Below are positions 38,991 to 47,144 of a stretch of 64,000 bases of DNA, piece by piece; the first letter of the stretch is position 1; each line of letters starts with the position of its first letter. This DNA comes from an uncultured Gemmatimonadota bacterium (lineage in GTDB: Bacteria > SM23-81 > DAOVCL01), in NCBI GenBank assembly GCA_964626665.1, contig CAZVGK010000013.1:15628-79627 (forward strand), read 5' to 3'. The notes beneath the pieces were generated by a model. It was not told where the DNA came from and did not search any database. It saw nothing but the letters and a program-made list of their open reading frames with translations. The translations under genes and the position numbers were made by a program.

Positions 38991-39135
38991 GAAAGTTAAG
39001 GGGTCAGGTCTTGCTTTTTGCCCCCCTTGAGATTCTCCTGCTTGCCCTTGAATAGAGAAAGTGCACAAAGACAATTTATACTTAAGCCGCCTCCAAAGCC
39101 AAGAAGGGAAGTAGGAAAATATGGGAATTGTCCTT
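38991..39135. repeat. Partial copy of the 34226 element
   Basis: gaaagttaaggggtcaggtcttgctttttg...gcccttgaatagagaaagt.cacaaagac..tttatac.taagcc..ctccaaagcc is shared with 34226. Confidence 0.8.
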
Positions 39136-39362
39136 ACTTCTTCCCGGTGAGTTAAAACGTGCTTTGTTTGGCATACTAACAATATAACAAAAGGAGTTAC
39201 TCCTGTCAATTTATTATTTTGTGGACATTGAGCGAGAACCCCCCAAAGGTAAAACCTTGGGGAATCACCCTTGGAGGGCCATCAAGGGTTGGATAGGAGA
39301 CCTGAGGGGATATCCCCCGGAATTAACAGAATACGGTGAGCCTTCTTTTCCGGCTAAGTTCT

Positions 39363-41879
39363 CTAAAACGGGACGGAGAGGCCTATAGCGAAATTTCTGC
39401 CCTCTCTGAAGTGGTTCAGCCTCCAGGCCAGATCTATTCTGAAGATGGTGAAGATATGATCCACCCCAAAGCCCAACTCATAGAATGGCTTTCCGGTTGG
39501 GTTTGCCTCCACAACCTGAATTGACCTGGATCTGTCCCCTATATCTATCCAACCGGCAGAGCCGAAGAGGATTAGCCCCCACTGGGAATTCCGAAGAAGA
39601 GGGATTTTCAGCCATCTAAAAGGCTGCCCGCCGAGATCCTGCTCCAGAAGGAGGGAGTAGTACCTGTCCCCGGAGAATTCCCCGATCTTTAGGGTATGAA
39701 ACCTCCAGGGAGAGGTCAAATGGGGTAGGTTTGCCGGCAGGCGAAAAATCCTCTGAGTGGGTAGCCAGCCCAATGCGGTCCCCAAGTAAAGGCGATAGGA
39801 GAACATACCCAATCTGTGTAAATCAAAGTCCCCGCGGATGTAAGCCCAAAGCTTGGTATAGCTGAAGTCGCTGGCAAGCAACCTTTTATCGGAATGTGAG
39901 ATTCCAACATCAACGAATTGGTATCCTTTTCCCCCTATTCTCTCCAATCTGCCGGCATTATCGATAAACTTACGGGGGTCAAGGCTCAACCCTAAGTAGA
40001 GGGAATTGTCCTTTCCCTCATTAATGGGTGGATTCTGCCTATATTTCCAGCTTTTTCTCAGCAGGCTCCATTCGGTGTTCTTCCGAGCATTTGAGTATAC
40101 CCCCTGGGAGAAGCCCAACCAGGCTCTAATCAGTGGGTGGAAATCGCCCTCGAGGGAGGCCCGCCATCCTCGGCGGTAAAAAAAGTCCCGCCAGTCGTAT
40201 TTACCTAACAGGCTGAGCAGGGTCATCCCTAAGTTTCCTTCCCCTTCCTTTCCCTCATCAATCCAACCAAGCCGCTGGGAAACGCCAACCCTTAGATCCA
40301 AGTTTGCATACCAAGGGGAATGGTAGCCTATATCAGCGGCATATTTGAACCTCTTATCCTCAAAGCCATACCCCAAATGGAGATTAAGAAACCGCAGATT
40401 AGGCAGGAGGCCCCAGGTTTTGGTCCCAAAGTGCAGGGCGTGCCCCTCCACCCGATTGAAGCGGTAAGACTCCAAAATCCCGGGCAGTCTCAGGCCCTTT
40501 TCCTCGCCAAACCGGAGGTGTTTGCCAAAGAGTAAGTTCCTTGGCCTGATTCTATTCCTTTTTCGTTCATAGGCAACCTTCAGGCTATCACCCTTTTCAT
40601 ACACCCTGATATCCTCTGTGGTAGGGGGGATAAGCTGATTCTTGGCCCAGTAGAGGGAATCCCTCTTGTCGGCCTCCGGCAGCACCTTGATGACCACCCG
40701 ATCAAATATCTTCCCCTTAAAGGGCTTGTTGATCCTGTAATCCTGCAATACAGACAATGCCTTTAAGGAGAACTGTAGGTGGATGATCATAGAGATCTTC
40801 CCCTCCGCCTGGAGGCTGAGATTGACGGGCATCCAGAAGAGGTTCTCGAAGAGCTCATATCGCTGCTTGTAATGTAATTGGGTAAAAAACAGGGGAAGGG
40901 CAGCTTTGGTCAACTCCAGATCAACCATCATCAGGGCGTAGGTCCCATCAGCGATATAGATTGTTCCCTGCAGCAATGGGTGGTGATCTCTAAGCTGAGA
41001 GATCCTGATTTTGTGTATCTTCAAGCTGTCCATCACTGTGGTGCCGATGAGGGAGTAATAGTAGCTCTTTAGGCCAGCCGGGGAGAGCGGCCCCGCAATC
41101 TCATTGTCCGCCATTTCGATCAGGTCTTTAGAGAAATCCTCGATGAAATCGCTGCTGGTCAACAGATTGGAGACAGCAGGGAGAAAGGCGCTCTGCTTGC
41201 GGGCCAGGATGATCTCCTTGTGTTTGTCGGGCTTCTCCCAATAGGCATCCGTCTTCGTCTCCATAATCATTGTAACTGCTGAATCGGAGATCCCCATAAC
41301 AGCAACGCCTTTGCCCATCCTCACATCTGCGATGAGCTTGGTATAGGCGGTTAACCTGTAATTTCTTAACTTTTTCCTAATCCTCTTCTTGTTTTCAATC
41401 GCCTTCTTGATGATGCGCAGTGCTGGGTTCTCCCCGGGGGTGACGGTGATCGCAGGGAGGGGAAGCACAATGGGTCGCAGCCGCACATCCAATGCGACAT
41501 CCCTGTTGGTAATCTGGATGGCCTTTTTTACAGATGAGTATCCCATATAAGTGAAGAGAAGCTCATAGCTACCAGGAGGCAAAAAGAGGTTATATTTGCC
41601 GTTCTTGTCGGTGGTGGTCCCCTTGGTCGTCCCCTTGACCGTGATGTTGGTGAGCATCAACCCCTTCCCGGTTTCCGCATCCCTCACCGTGCCGTAAACC
41701 TTGTATTGGATGAGTGCAGGGGTTCCTCCCAAGCCAGCAGGTCCAATAACCACCATCAGGCCCAAGAGGAGGATACCCACCCAGAAATTTAGGTGAAGAT
41801 AGTTAACTGGGTTGTTCCATTTCATATACAACGCTTTCTCAAGCGGTTTTAAGCCTTGCAACCTATACAAGGTTGCCAT
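39363..41879 (-). CDS. Outer-membrane protein with carboxypeptidase-regulatory-like N-domain (DUF5686-like)
   Basis: G.VRDAETG..L...NI...GTTTD.NG.Y.L...GY N-domain, RFNRVEG, beta-barrel-like C-terminus ending in F. Confidence 0.75.
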   Translation of the reverse strand: MATLYRLQGLKPLEKALYMKWNNPVNYLHLNFWVGILLLGLMVVIGPAGLGGTPALIQYKVYGTVRDAETGKGLMLTNITVKGTTKGTTTDKNGKYNLFLPPGSYELLFTYMGYSSVKKAIQITNRDVALDVRLRPIVLPLPAITVTPGENPALRIIKKAIENKKRIRKKLRNYRLTAYTKLIADVRMGKGVAVMGISDSAVTMIMETKTDAYWEKPDKHKEIILARKQSAFLPAVSNLLTSSDFIEDFSKDLIEMADNEIAGPLSPAGLKSYYYSLIGTTVMDSLKIHKIRISQLRDHHPLLQGTIYIADGTYALMMVDLELTKAALPLFFTQLHYKQRYELFENLFWMPVNLSLQAEGKISMIIHLQFSLKALSVLQDYRINKPFKGKIFDRVVIKVLPEADKRDSLYWAKNQLIPPTTEDIRVYEKGDSLKVAYERKRNRIRPRNLLFGKHLRFGEEKGLRLPGILESYRFNRVEGHALHFGTKTWGLLPNLRFLNLHLGYGFEDKRFKYAADIGYHSPWYANLDLRVGVSQRLGWIDEGKEGEGNLGMTLLSLLGKYDWRDFFYRRGWRASLEGDFHPLIRAWLGFSQGVYSNARKNTEWSLLRKSWKYRQNPPINEGKDNSLYLGLSLDPRKFIDNAGRLERIGGKGYQFVDVGISHSDKRLLASDFSYTKLWAYIRGDFDLHRLGMFSYRLYLGTALGWLPTQRIFRLPANLPHLTSPWRFHTLKIGEFSGDRYYSLLLEQDLGGQPFRWLKIPLLRNSQWGLILFGSAGWIDIGDRSRSIQVVEANPTGKPFYELGFGVDHIFTIFRIDLAWRLNHFREGRNFAIGLSVPF

Positions 41880-41938
41880 TTAGATCCTCATGATTTATGA
41901 AAATTATCTTGCAAAATCTACGTCCAAAGTCGACAGAG

Positions 41939-41984
41939 CGGTCAGATGCCCTCATCTGATCGTGGCAGAATCGGGATTTTGCCC
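41939..41984 (+). repeat. REP doublet of the 23046/50867 family
   Basis: CGGTCAGATG-CCCT-CATCTGATC then GTGGCAGAATC-GG-GATTTTGCC. Compensatory stem change relative to 23046. Confidence 0.65.
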
Positions 41985-42031
41985 CCTCATCTTTGGGAAA
42001 GCCAATTGGGAAAAAGTTATGCATCTGCATC

Positions 42032-45000
42032 TTAAAAGATCCCCCTGATCCCCTTCCCTTTCTCCACCTTTATCTCCGGAAGGGCCTTGATGTTTACCCG
42101 GAAGTAGTATCCCTTCCTGAATCCGGTGGGTATCCAGTAGAGCCAAGCCTCCCAGCAGTGGAGGTCCCGATGGAACTTGAAACTCTGGGAAGTAAGTTTC
42201 CTCTCCACAAAATCGTAACGGGCCTGATAGGAAACTCTCCAGTTTGGTGTTAGGTTTAGGGAAAGGTTTCCGGATAGCCAGTTTGTCTTGCTGGGACTGC
42301 CTTTCATCCGATAGATATGATGGGAGAGCCCAAATCTCCAGGGCCTTCTCCCCTTCCCCTCTCCCTCCCAACCGGAGAGGGAGAGATTTGTGGTCAGGGA
42401 AAGGGATTTCAGGTGAGGGAGGGTCAGCTCACCCTGGGAGGAGTATAGATCGTAGGTGGAGGTCAGAGTGATCCCAAGGCCCCTGAATGGCCTCACCCTT
42501 AGATTAGAGTTAAGGTAACTCCATTTCCGGTTTAAGGCCTTGAAGTTATAGCCGGTGGAGAGGTTAAGGGTGGCCAGCTCTACCTTTTTAGGTTTCTCCT
42601 TTCCCCATTTCATCTGAAATATGTTGTTTAAACTCATCCCCAGGACCTTCCTCTCCCCTGCGGAGGGGCCTATCCCTCCAAATGAGTAGAACCTCTCCTG
42701 ATCCTTAAACTTTGGCTTCCAACTATAGGACAAACTGGGCTTGAGGATGTGTCTGAATCCGGTTATCCTCCCCCAATGGGGAAGAAATATCCCATAGATG
42801 GTTGTGTTTGCCCGCAAGGAGAGATCATAGGTGGTGTTGTGCACAAAGCTCTTCCCCTCCTTATCCTTGTCCCACCAGGTATGCCTCAGGTTGAAGGAGG
42901 GGGAAAGGGTGAGCCATCTAAGCTTCTGGGGGCCGGTAAAGCTTAAGCGATTATCCAGGCCGCTGTGGGAATCTGTTTTTCCTCCCGTCTTATGGCTGTA
43001 GTTCAAGAGATAGGAGGAGAAGGAGAGGTAGATGTTTTGGTACCATCCCTTTTCCCCTTCCTCGCCTTTAAAGATGGGGGAGGAGGGGTAGGAATACCTC
43101 ATCGAGGGGAGGGATTGAGTTATCTCATCAAGATCTATGACGCCGTCACCATCCAAATCAAAAAGGTTCTGGTATCTATCCAGGCCTATGTTTAGGCTGG
43201 ATGTCTCCCACCTTTTGGAGAGGGCGAGGTGGGAGTGGAGAGAACGGTTCATCCTCTCCTGAGGGTGGAATCCGATATTCGAATAGTAGCTCTTATCGGA
43301 TATGAAGAAGCCATTGGCGGTCAGCTTCCAGGTGGGGGAAAGATCTTGATAATGACGAAAATTCAGATCCCATCTCTGCCGATGTGGAAGCTCGCTACCT
43401 ACCCGCTTCCCTTCTCTGTTCCAGGATCCCCCAACCTGCCCTTCCAGTCTGTACCTCAGGGCATACCTGGCCTGGCCCTTGAGGAGAAGGCCAGTCTCCT
43501 CATAGTAGTCCAGGCTTAAGGTGGCATCCCAGTAGGGGCTGGGGGCGAAATAGTAGCCCAGATTCCGCACAAACCTCTGGCTTACATCCCAGACCCCCAG
43601 ATCAAAGGTGAGGAGGCCTGAGTGCCTGCCCGGCTTTATGGGGAAGACACAGAAGGGGATGGCGGCCACCGGGAGATCGGCGATATAGAGGACTACCGGC
43701 TGGGCAATCACCTTATCCTTGGGGATAATCTTCATCTTCTTACTCCAGAAGTGGTAATGGGGGGTGTCCAGATCGCAGGTGGTAAATCTTCCCCCCTCTA
43801 CCAGGATGACCTCTGGGTTAACCTCCACTATCTCCTCCCCTCGGTAGATGCCCTGTTCGTAGTTGGACTCTCCATATCTCACCTTCCCCCTCCCGGTCTC
43901 CAGGTTATAGGCCATCCTCACCCCTCTTAACTCCTGGTTGCCGTCCCAGAAGACTGGTCCCCCTTGAGCCTCCAGGATCTTAGAGTCCAGAGCATACTCG
44001 ATGCTGTCTGCCTCAAGCTTATAGCTGGCATACTCTATCTGAGCCCCACCCACGAGGTCTATCTTTCCCTGGGAGTATACGATGGACTGGGCCCTGTATC
44101 TCACCGTGTCCACCCCTCCCTCCTGGGAGGGGGAGAGATAGGTTCCCTCCACTCCTCCCCACATCCTCACCTGGTTCGCCCTACCGCCGGAGAAGTCCAC
44201 CCTACAGGAATCTGATGAGGCCCTGTTCTCCCCACCCAATCCAGTATCAGGGGGTGAAAAGTAGAAGCTTCTGGAGTTTCCTTCTACCTTTATGGCTTCA
44301 AGTCTATCCTCGGTGATCGTGATGTTCATCCTCTTGCCCGTAACCCAACCCCATTCAGAGACCCTCCCCCTTTGGTCCCTATCCTCGAACTCCCCCTTGG
44401 CATCTCCCCAGACGAAGACCTTTTTTGGCCGACGATCCTCCACCCTTATCTCCATCCTCCTCCCGGTAAGCCTCTTGGCCTCCTGAAGGATGACCGGAGA
44501 TTCGCGGAGGATTATCCTCTCCTCTTTAAAGAGAAAGAGGCCATAGCCAGAGGTGGCCTCAAGCTCTCCTCTCCTGATGCTGACATCTCCTTTGGCCTCA
44601 CCCTTATTTTCCTGGGGGAAGAGCTCAATGCTATCGGCCTGCACAGTTGTCCTGGCTCCCTCCTCCTCTATGGTCTCCAGGAGTGGGTTACCTGTGGCCA
44701 ATATCCTCCCCTCCCTCCTCCAATATTCCATCCTCCCGCAGGTCAGCTTAGTCTGATTCTCCTCATCCCAGCCCTTAACCCAGCCTTCGGCCAATGCTCT
44801 CTGCTCATCCTTGAAATAGGTGGCCTTATCCGCCCAGATCGTGGTCTCCCCGTCTGTGAGCTTCACCTCCCCCTTAAAGACTACCATCCTCTGGTTTTTG
44901 AACCAGGTCGCCTCATTGCTCCTCAGGGATGTCTCCCCCTGCCGGAATCGGACATCTCCCTTGAGATAGGTGATCACTGAGTCCCGGCCAAAATAGGTGC

Positions 45001-45106
45001 GCAGGGAATCGGCATTTTGCAGGATAAGAGGCTCTTCGGAGGAAAAGCCGAGGATGGGGAAAAGGAGAATTAAGATGGAAGTAAAGATTTTGTTAAGTGG
45101 ATTCAT
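42032..45106 (-). CDS. lptD: LPS assembly protein LptD with OstA/LptA-like N-terminal repeats
   Basis: Signal peptide, OstA-like jellyroll repeats, FTTCDL..PHY, RHSGLL, RDLHCWE, YYFRVNIKA. Confidence 0.85.
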   Translation of the reverse strand: MNPLNKIFTSILILLFPILGFSSEEPLILQNADSLRTYFGRDSVITYLKGDVRFRQGETSLRSNEATWFKNQRMVVFKGEVKLTDGETTIWADKATYFKDEQRALAEGWVKGWDEENQTKLTCGRMEYWRREGRILATGNPLLETIEEEGARTTVQADSIELFPQENKGEAKGDVSIRRGELEATSGYGLFLFKEERIILRESPVILQEAKRLTGRRMEIRVEDRRPKKVFVWGDAKGEFEDRDQRGRVSEWGWVTGKRMNITITEDRLEAIKVEGNSRSFYFSPPDTGLGGENRASSDSCRVDFSGGRANQVRMWGGVEGTYLSPSQEGGVDTVRYRAQSIVYSQGKIDLVGGAQIEYASYKLEADSIEYALDSKILEAQGGPVFWDGNQELRGVRMAYNLETGRGKVRYGESNYEQGIYRGEEIVEVNPEVILVEGGRFTTCDLDTPHYHFWSKKMKIIPKDKVIAQPVVLYIADLPVAAIPFCVFPIKPGRHSGLLTFDLGVWDVSQRFVRNLGYYFAPSPYWDATLSLDYYEETGLLLKGQARYALRYRLEGQVGGSWNREGKRVGSELPHRQRWDLNFRHYQDLSPTWKLTANGFFISDKSYYSNIGFHPQERMNRSLHSHLALSKRWETSSLNIGLDRYQNLFDLDGDGVIDLDEITQSLPSMRYSYPSSPIFKGEEGEKGWYQNIYLSFSSYLLNYSHKTGGKTDSHSGLDNRLSFTGPQKLRWLTLSPSFNLRHTWWDKDKEGKSFVHNTTYDLSLRANTTIYGIFLPHWGRITGFRHILKPSLSYSWKPKFKDQERFYSFGGIGPSAGERKVLGMSLNNIFQMKWGKEKPKKVELATLNLSTGYNFKALNRKWSYLNSNLRVRPFRGLGITLTSTYDLYSSQGELTLPHLKSLSLTTNLSLSGWEGEGKGRRPWRFGLSHHIYRMKGSPSKTNWLSGNLSLNLTPNWRVSYQARYDFVERKLTSQSFKFHRDLHCWEAWLYWIPTGFRKGYYFRVNIKALPEIKVEKGKGIRGIF

Positions 45107-45112
45107 CTGAGG

Positions 45113-46054
45113 TCAGGGTTTAAGGATGAGGGAAGCAGCCCCAATCAGGCCGGCATCCTCCCCCAAGAGGGTGGGAACGACCCTCACCTTTTGGATCTCT
45201 CGATTTATCGCCCTCTCGGCCAGGGTCCTTCTCATCGGCCCAAAGATGAGCTCACCGGCCTGGGCAACCCCTCCTCCCACGATGATCAACTTTGGATTGA
45301 GCAGGTTTACCGCACCGGAGAGGGCGGCACCGATTATCTCCCCTGTCTCCTGAAATACCTCTTTGGCCAGGTCATCTCCCCTTTGGGCCGCCTCTGCTAT
45401 AAGCTTTGGGGTAATTATACCATCTTTATTAAGAGGGGGAAGGATGCTTTGAGGATTATCCCTCAGTTTCGTTTGCGCCCTCTCGATTATATATTTTGCC
45501 CCTACATACCTCTCCAAGCAGCCATAGTTGCCACACCTACAGCGGGGGCCAAATATGTTCACCGGCAGATGGCCGATCTCCCCTGCCCCACCCTTGCTGC
45601 CGGTAAAGAGCTTCCCATCGAGGATCAAGCCACCGCCTACGCCGGTGCCCAGGGTTATGCATATCAAGTCCTTCACCCCTTTTCCTGCCCCAAAATGGAG
45701 CTCGCCCAGGGCGGCGGCATTGACATCGTTGGCCACCTCTAACTGGAGACTTAGCCTTTTCTCCAGTTCCTTTTTTACATTAACTTCCTTCCACCCTATG
45801 AGGTTCGGAGGATCCCTTACTATGCCCAGTTCCACCAGGCCTGGACAGCCAACCCCTAAACCGTTAACCTCCTCCCCCTGGTTTAGCACCTGGACCAAAT
45901 TGGCTATCTGATCCAAGATCCTCTCAGGCCCCTCCTGGGCCTGGGTCTGGATGCTAAGTCTTCTAAGGATTTGCCCATTTTGGTTGACTACCCCACCCTT
46001 GATGTTTGTCCCCCCCAAGTCTACTCCAATGGCTAATTGTCTCTCTTCCTCCAA
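45113..46054 (-). CDS. ROK family sugar kinase (glucokinase)
   Basis: IGVDLGGTNIK, NDVNAAALGE, TLGTGVGGG, GEIGH...C.CG..GCLE. Confidence 0.93.
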   Translation of the reverse strand: MEEERQLAIGVDLGGTNIKGGVVNQNGQILRRLSIQTQAQEGPERILDQIANLVQVLNQGEEVNGLGVGCPGLVELGIVRDPPNLIGWKEVNVKKELEKRLSLQLEVANDVNAAALGELHFGAGKGVKDLICITLGTGVGGGLILDGKLFTGSKGGAGEIGHLPVNIFGPRCRCGNYGCLERYVGAKYIIERAQTKLRDNPQSILPPLNKDGIITPKLIAEAAQRGDDLAKEVFQETGEIIGAALSGAVNLLNPKLIIVGGGVAQAGELIFGPMRRTLAERAINREIQKVRVVPTLLGEDAGLIGAASLILKP

Positions 46055-46072
46055 TTTTCCTCTCCCCTCAAG

Positions 46073-46112
46073 ATTGTAAATTGAAAGTTGTAAATATCAA
46101 ATTTGAAATTGC
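46073..46112 (-). repeat. Downstream arm: CAATTT-type 7-bp array
   Basis: Minus strand gcaatttcaaatttgatatttacaactttcaatttacaat, ending before the ROK RBS. Confidence 0.8.
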
Positions 46113-46472
46113 TCATTGCCTTTTCTTCGCCGTTATTACCGATTTTCCAATAATTTTACTAATTCGTTCAGTCTCCTTTAAGGCTTCTTCGAACTCTGCT
46201 CCTCCCAAAATTTGGGAACGTTGGATTAGTTTTAACCAATACATTGATTCCCGAGTTTCTTTCAGAACAATATGCAGTTTGTGGATAAAATCTGCTCTAC
46301 TTTGAGCACCTCGAGCTTCCTCATAATTGGCACCAACAGATGTTCCTGAACGCAACAATTGATTCCCTATATGCTTACCGATTGCCGTCTTATTTAACCT
46401 GGCGCAGATTTTGATGATCGCCACGCCATAATCAAGCAATCGCTCAGATATTTGAGCAGCCTTATCTTCCAT
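46113..46472 (-). CDS. Four helix bundle protein (TIGR02436)
   Basis: ERLLDY...NQLLRSGTSVGANYEEARGAQSRADFIHKL.IVLKETRESMYWL...ISKIIGKSVIT. Confidence 0.93.
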   Translation of the reverse strand: MEDKAAQISERLLDYGVAIIKICARLNKTAIGKHIGNQLLRSGTSVGANYEEARGAQSRADFIHKLHIVLKETRESMYWLKLIQRSQILGGAEFEEALKETERISKIIGKSVITAKKRQ

Positions 46473-46510
46473 TTTGCAATTTAAAATTTTCAATTTGCAA
46501 TTTGCAATAC
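46473..46510 (-). repeat. Upstream arm: AAATTGC 7-bp array
   Basis: Minus strand gtattgcaaattgcaaattgaaaattttaaattgcaaa starts right after the trmO stop codon. Confidence 0.85.
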
Positions 46511-46987
46511 CTAAGTTGTCTCCCCCTCTGCGAGATCCAACCAGCCAAACTTGGCCTCGAGTTTCTGATCCCTGGAGGTATAAGGCTTGAGGTCAAAGAC
46601 CGGGCTCCTCTCGGCCATATCCAAACCTTCAACCTGGAGAAACCTGTCCTCCCTTTTCAGCAGCCTTACTACGGTAAGTCCCAGACGGTTTGGACGGTGT
46701 GGACTTCTGGTGGCGAAAATTCCCCTCTCCCGGTAGGGGTAATAAGGTGGATGAGCTGTCACCCTCTCCTCATCGGAAAGGTGGAACCCCCAGATGACAA
46801 AAAGATGGGAGAAACCATCAATATCTCTCAGCCCCGGCTCATATTCCGGATAAACCTCAATCTCCCCCCGGATCTTTCCGGAATCACCGATCTGTTCGGT
46901 GGTCCGAATACCCGAATGCACAATCCCTATCGGTTTGAGGATGAAATTGGTTGTGGTTTTAACTGAAACCAGCTTCCCTCTCTGCAT
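46511..46987 (-). CDS. trmO: tRNA m6t6A37 methyltransferase TrmO (TsaA)
   Basis: LKPIG.VHS, GFSHL..IWGFH, GIFATRSPHRPNRLGLT, PVFDLKPY. Confidence 0.92.
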   Translation of the reverse strand: MQRGKLVSVKTTTNFILKPIGIVHSGIRTTEQIGDSGKIRGEIEVYPEYEPGLRDIDGFSHLFVIWGFHLSDEERVTAHPPYYPYRERGIFATRSPHRPNRLGLTVVRLLKREDRFLQVEGLDMAERSPVFDLKPYTSRDQKLEAKFGWLDLAEGETT

Positions 46988-47077
46988 TCAGAGCTCCCGC
47001 CCTGCCAGATCCGATCAATCGGACGGCAACAACAATCCGTCAAAACTAAAATGCTCCTCCATCATCAGCATTCTTAT

Positions 47078-47135
47078 GTCATTGCGAGCAAAGCGAAGCA
47101 ATCTTATGTGCCGTCAGGGCTCCTGCCTTGACGAA
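47078..47135. repeat. Partial GTCATTGCGAG repeat followed by a REP hairpin
   Basis: gtcattgcgagcaaagcgaagcaatct; CGTCAGGGC-TCCT-GCCTTGACG. Confidence 0.65.
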
Positions 47136-47144
47136 CTCCATGCC

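Noticed and set aside
39210-39340. GC-rich hairpins as a tRNA or integration site at the edge of the accessory region
   Set aside because: No cloverleaf, T-loop (GTTC.A) or CCA end could be identified.
11000-46472. Four-helix-bundle genes as Avd of a diversity-generating retroelement
   Set aside because: No reverse transcriptase and no TR/VR pair with adenine-specific mismatches was seen. The CPBP duplicates differ at all base types.
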